The notes under the pieces were generated by a model that saw nothing but the letters and a program-made list of their open reading frames with translations, searched no databases and had not been told where the DNA came from. The position numbers and the translations under genes are program-made. From Schmidtea polychroa (taxonomy: Eukaryota): DNA of 64,000 bases. Shown in pieces: positions 58,219-64,000 of the stretch (its first letter is position 1; each line of letters opens with the position of its first letter). The stretch lies in the NCBI GenBank assembly GCA_044892525.1, contig CM097886.1, positions 67,766,001 through 67,830,000 on the forward strand, given 5' to 3'.

Positions 58219-61140
58219 TTCAATTAGATTAACAATATTTATTTTTCTACGACTTTGTATATCAATAATTTCTTTTTCGGTTTACACAGACTTTCGAACT
58301 TTAGAAATATTTCAGTTATACATTTTATTTTGTTCAATAAAAAACAATACCTTGAATTTTTTTTAAAAACTTACTTTTAATAAATACTTAATGCTTAACT
58401 AATATGACACTACCGCTACTGATAAATTAATAATATAAATAATATTTGAACCAATAATAATTAAATACAGTAGTACATGGTGGTAGTGTCATCGAACCTT
58501 TGCCCACGATCATAATCTTTTAGCATATTGACAACACAAACTAAATGGACAAGGTCTTTTAAAGATATTAATTTTCTGTAATTGACTGTTACAACTTAAT
58601 ATTGCTTGATTTCAACTATAAAAATATTAATTATTAAAAAAATTTATCAATTATAAAAAAGCAAATTTTCTTGAAAATTTTTGTTGTCTTTTAACAGAAT
58701 CATGCGCTTCCTTGTCATTGTAGAATTGTTAAGTGTAAGGAAAAAAGTAGCTGATAATACCAAAGTTTCCTCAAGTGAATAGATTGGTGATCACACTTTG
58801 ATCTATGACTATTGTGCATATTACGCGGGGTTTATCTATTTCTGATGCACTTATAATTCAATATAATAAGATCTTGTAAAATTTTGAGATCGATCATAAT
58901 CTAATATATTGTTGGGAGTTTGTATTTAAATAATTGTGCACAAAAGTCAGAAATAAAGTAGAAAGCAAAAATTATTATTTAACCTTTTTATGACGGCTGC
59001 GGTATAACTTAGGCTACCGTCTCGGCCAATATGCTTAGCGAGATGAAACGTACATGTAGAGCGATGGGTCTTGACGTTGTGATAGAAATCGTAAAAGTAC
59101 GGCTCCAGGTCTGCATTGGGAATCGAAACGATAAATGTGCGGCAGCCGTTCGGAAAGCGTTAAGCGACTATGATTTAAATCCAACTCTCGTTTATTTGCT
59201 TAATTATTTGTATTAAAATGATCAACGTAAATCGTAGATATTTGTGTAGGCTCAATCACAAACACCGCATTTGACTGTTCAACCAAAAATTGTTTATATT
59301 TATTTAATTTATTTATTTGATTATATTTATTTAACTTGTTTGGGTTTTTTTTAATTAATTTTATTACTAAAATCATTTAGATTTTCTTTACTTTTTTTCT
59401 TTATTTCATGGTATTTATTTAAAACGTAAATGACAAAAAAATTAGATTTTATTTTACTAAATATTTTAATATTTAAGATTAAGAGAATATCCTTAAAAAA
59501 TAGTAATAATAATAATAATAATTATTAATAATAATATTATTTGATAAAATTGGTATTTATTCAACTTCAAGTACTTTATCCTATTAAAATCAGCCGATAT
59601 TTATCCAATTTTGAAGCCATTCTACATTTGTAGTTGGAGACCATTGAAAGAAAATGGATCCAGTATTATGGGACTTTATAGGTCTTAATATTTGACAGTT
59701 GTAAATAATTTACTTTATTCCTAACAACTATTATAACCACGTAAAAAATTCTGTGTTTTTTGAGTTTCTCACTAGATTCTTCTCATAAATATTTCGCAAA
59801 ATACTTCATCTTACACTCAAAAAATATTTGGGTTTTATAACAGTTATTAAGTTTCATAATTGAAGGTATAGATATGTGTCCTATAAAATCACTTAAAAAG
59901 ATCTTGGACAAATATAAACCGGATTTAAAATGTTTAACTGGAGAGAAAAGATAGTGCATAGTCCTTATAAAAACAGTAGAAAAGACTAAATTAAGAATAG
60001 TAATTGAAGAATTAGAATAATAATTCGAAAACCAGATGAAAAAATATTTGTAGAATATTTTAAAATTTGTGAATTAGAATTCTAAGGAATTAAATTAAAT
60101 TAGTATTTCAGATACTGAAGCAAAAGTATTCACGTGATACATAAGCATGGAACAATAAAAAATATCAAGGTAAAAATATTTTATCTACAACTTCTACTTG
60201 CATTGACAACAATGTGTATTATATCTAAAATAAAAGGTAAAAATCAATAATATATTATCGATCAAACAGCCAGTAAATTATCTATAAAATTATGACAAAA
60301 GGTTTAAAAAGTCAATTTCTAACTGGGGCAAGCAACTTGTGTTGTGGCAAGAAATTGTGACTAGTTCTCAAATAGTCAGTCACTATCTACTTTATATGTT
60401 TAAATATTTAACAAAATTTAGAACATATTTTTAATCAGATAAAAATTTCCTTTTTTAAAATTAAAACAATAATATAGAAAATTCAAATTTGCCGATATTT
60501 TTGTACCACTAATCATACTTTGCTTAGAGTCTACGAACTTTAGAGCTTTCCTAAAATATAATACTTTCACTTAAATGTGAATTATGTTTCGCAACGCAGA
60601 CCTGACAAACTTTAATCACTTCAGTGACAACTTCAGAAATCCCCTATATTATTTGTGTGCAATGGTGATTACTTTTAGCGCTCTATTAACAGATGTTTTT
60701 GTTTTTTTGATGAAATGTAGTTTATGAATTTACCTGGCTACGATTTAACTCAACTTACATAATAGAAAGATATAGAGCTTAGGACACTCGATTCAATGAC
60801 CTCATAAATATAGAACTTTAACTTACCAAAAAAAATGGATTAAAGTATAAAAACATTATTACACAACACTATTGATCAAAAAACCACAAATTAACAAATC
60901 AAATAAATAAAGCTTTTTCCTTTTATGCAGTTTATTTATTATTATTAATAAATTTACAAATATGTTAAGATATTTCATAATTTATTTTATGTTGAAAAAT
61001 TTGAAATCTGTCAAATTGATTGATTTTGTAAATATAGTGTTTAAGACTATTTAGTACTATAAGATCAACTATGACTTTGTATAGCCAGAAAGCACTTGCC
61101 TCATAATGTATTTAGGTGATAATGATGAAATTTTCTTAAG

Positions 61141-62203
61141 AGATTGTCCATAATGAACATCTGAAAGAAGGGAGGAAGTTTGTTACAATACGGACAACTG
61201 TGTACAAGGGATGGACGGAAAGTACCTTCCGGACGTCTGCAAGTTAGAATTTAGTTAGATTCTGTTTTGAGCCAATTATGTGTATTCTAGTAAATTTAAT
61301 ATTTCAAAACTGCAATACAGACTTTCAATATGGATGATTTATGTAGGAATTATATACAAAATTAACAAAACTTATAGATTTTACATAGCAAAAACAAGGA
61401 ATGAAGAGATCCAGAAGTTTTACAATATCTTAGGTTCCTACATGTTTGTTGAGATCAATGATTGTAGTGTATCTAAAGCACCAACTATTATAATTCCTAG
61501 TATACAATATTGTAAATTCTATATTGCGAATGTCCACAACCTAATCCATCGGTGGCCAAAATTGGACAATGGAGAAGCGTTGATGAAAAGAGTCATACAT
61601 CTGCGGAAGTCTATTATAGACAACATCTTATGCAATTTGTCATTTGAAAAACTATTCAATTCGTAAATGTATGTTTGAGTTCGACATATAAGAACAGGCA
61701 TTTAGGGCTTTGGAGATTCCTATCTACTCTACATCAATTTTCAATGTTCACCTTGCAGTAAATTACATATAAAATTAAATATATTAAAAATATAAAAAGA
61801 TTTTACAAATTAATGTTTATATGATATGAATAAATTATTTAAAATTTTATTAACTTATATTATATTTTCTTGTTTACATATTGCTTTACACCTTCTACAT
61901 TTAAAATATAAATAATATTAAAATAATACTATGTAAAATGATTTTTTGAATTTTATATAATTTTATTTTGAACAATTTGAAAATAATTTGAAAATCTCAA
62001 ATAAAAACTAAATTATAATGAAATTTGTTTATCTATATCAGTTGAATGAACTGTCATCAATACAATTAATTTAAATTTACAATTTGAAGAATATTTTCAA
62101 AATTTTTACTCGTAGTAAAATGCCTCTAGGAACTCTCAATACATCTCAAAATGAAATCAGTAGTAAAATTCAGAATGCAAGTGTTAGTTCTTGGTTATCA
62201 TAA
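61141..62203 (+). CDS. Tentative 3' exons of an unrecognised gene
   Basis: Candidate exons 61141-61242, 61389-61662 and 62116-62203 join in phase (1/1, 1/2, 2/stop). No domain recognised; alternative splicings are possible. Confidence 0.3.
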
Positions 62204-64000
62204 TTTAATAACTACTTTACTAATTTTTGAATAATCATAAAACTTTTTTTTTAATATTATATAAAAATTTAGCGTTTATTTTTTAATTTAAATAAAATAT
62301 TTTCCAAGTTCATTGTAAGATTTAAAATTTACATTTTTACTCTAAGTCTTTTATTTTATTATTTTACATTGTAAATTTTTTAATAAAACATTTTTTATGA
62401 AAATTATGAATTAATTCGTTTGCTCTATTTATGAGTCATATTTCGAAATGAAAAATAATTTTTCAACCTTAGAATTTCGATCTTTTTCAGTATTTTTTAT
62501 TTATTTAAAATAATTTCTGTAATCAAACATTTATATTTGAAATATTATAAAACTTGAATTTGTTAAATTATTTTAATTAAAATTTTTAATTTTTTAGTAT
62601 TTAATTTAATAGTAAATAAATAAATCGATTTGTAGTAACTAATGATTGGCAGATATTTTTGTCCAATCTATTAATGAAATTTATATCCTATCACAACATT
62701 CGAAATGATTTGAACAATTAGACTGTTTTTATTCAAGTATTGAATTCCACTGAGAAATTATATATGTAGAGTCAAAAAAAGAAAAATTTCTTTTGTTTAT
62801 AAAAGATTCTGGATTTGTTTGGGATCGTGTTATTTTGTCATACACAGACCAATTTTTGGAAAGCAGCCAAACTTTACATTTAAATATATTGGAAATATAC
62901 TATTTTTATTTAGAACTTCACTTAATATTGAAAATCCTAATATGATTTAATATTATTTAAAATTAATAAAATCAAATAAGAATTTTTAAAATTTCTAGTT
63001 TAATTAGAAATATTTTTAAAATTAAAAAAAATATTTTTAAGGAAATTATAAATCAATAAATCATTTATTTTCAAAATTTTCTTTTGTATTTCACACGAAT
63101 TTTCGGCACTCTTTTTCGATTGTTTATTGACCAATCAAAATTTACTACTTTCTTTTAAAATAGAAGAAAAAACATCAAAGGTAAAAGAAATTGTGATTTT
63201 ATGAATGAATATTGAATATTTTATAAAGGTTGCTCTTTTTGATTAAAAACTTTCTAAGAAATTATATTTCGTTAATAGATATGTCGACTTTGTACTCTTA
63301 CCCAATATTCGAGGTAATTGTTGGTTTTTATGTGTTCTTTAAATAAAGTACAAAAAGTTCTACGTGTTTACCTTGTGTAAGTTGTGTCAAATCTTAAAAA
63401 AGTTATTTTATGAAAAGGTTATTTTCCAATATATATCTGAAAGAAAAGTGGCAGATACAATCAACGTGAAAAATATTTGATATATAGGATTTTCTATGTT
63501 CGGATGTTTTAGAAAATTTTTTCCATGTTTCCACATTACAAATTATTCCACACAAGCAAATATAAGTTTTTAAAGTTGATTTATGTTTTTGGTAGAAGTT
63601 TTGCCAAATATTGCTGACTACTAATAAAAATTGATACATAAAATTCGAAAAATTAAAAATACAATTAAAAAATCATCAAAACAATTAGCTATTAAAAAGA
63701 TTGCTTAATTTCTCAAAAAAATTCTTACATTTATAGTATTAAATCTTTATTCTCCGTTGTTTAACAATTTATACTTTTATTGTAGTTATTTTGCGTTATA
63801 ATTCATCTAAACTATAGTCATAAATAAATTATTCATGAACTCAAATGAAAAAACCATTATTAATTGAAAAATTATTATTAAATGCAAATGTCATACTAAT
63901 AAATGAGAAACTTCATATCTGGTCAATTCTCTTATTCATACTTTTCCAAAGAAAAGTAATTAAAATGTTTAAATTGGCATTTTATTCACATATAAATACA

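Noticed and set aside
63280-63639. MSTLYSYPIFE|GTAATT gene start (faintly EF-1-gamma-like) and the 78-aa minus-strand ORF with a CxC motif
   Set aside because: The plus-strand model hits a stop after the next candidate exons, and the minus ORF lacks splice or domain support; neither can be defended.

Overview
AT-rich eukaryotic (most likely invertebrate animal) genomic DNA with spliceosomal genes. Introns fall into two classes: about 44-50 nt (one of 34 nt), or kb-sized and filled with transposons. The organism cannot be named from the sequence. Two conserved genes were assembled exon by exon with consistent splice phases: GTPBP6/HflX-family GTPase (minus strand, 10 exons, 17384->1078, 504 aa; exon 1 tentative) and TRAF7 (plus strand, 13 exons, 34710->58218; exon 7 runs into an N gap). 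Also present are an unrecognised 3-exon 197-aa gene, an Asn/Asp-rich gene with a 1.5-kb terminal exon, an intronless 184-aa orphan ORF, and a tentative gene fragment near 61-62 kb. The rest is largely transposon remains: hAT (two large copies and several MITEs), pogo/Tigger, Tc1/mariner, Merlin, a piggyBac-like MITE, a Gypsy 5' end with a tRNA-Trp primer site plus two related solo LTRs, and two Penelope-like remnants. The best leads are: (1) each Penelope remnant has a hammerhead-ribozyme-like motif about 230 nt past its stop codon, followed by the start of another ORF; (2) a possible orphan protein family linking the 184-aa ORF to a tandem ~56-aa repeat in a TRAF7 intron; (3) an operon-like junction with a splice acceptor directly before the GTPBP6 ATG; (4) a ~170-bp palindrome with two perfect CRE sites inside a nested transposon stack. 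All homology calls were made by eye from remembered motifs; no searches were run. No rRNA, tRNA gene or CRISPR array was found.
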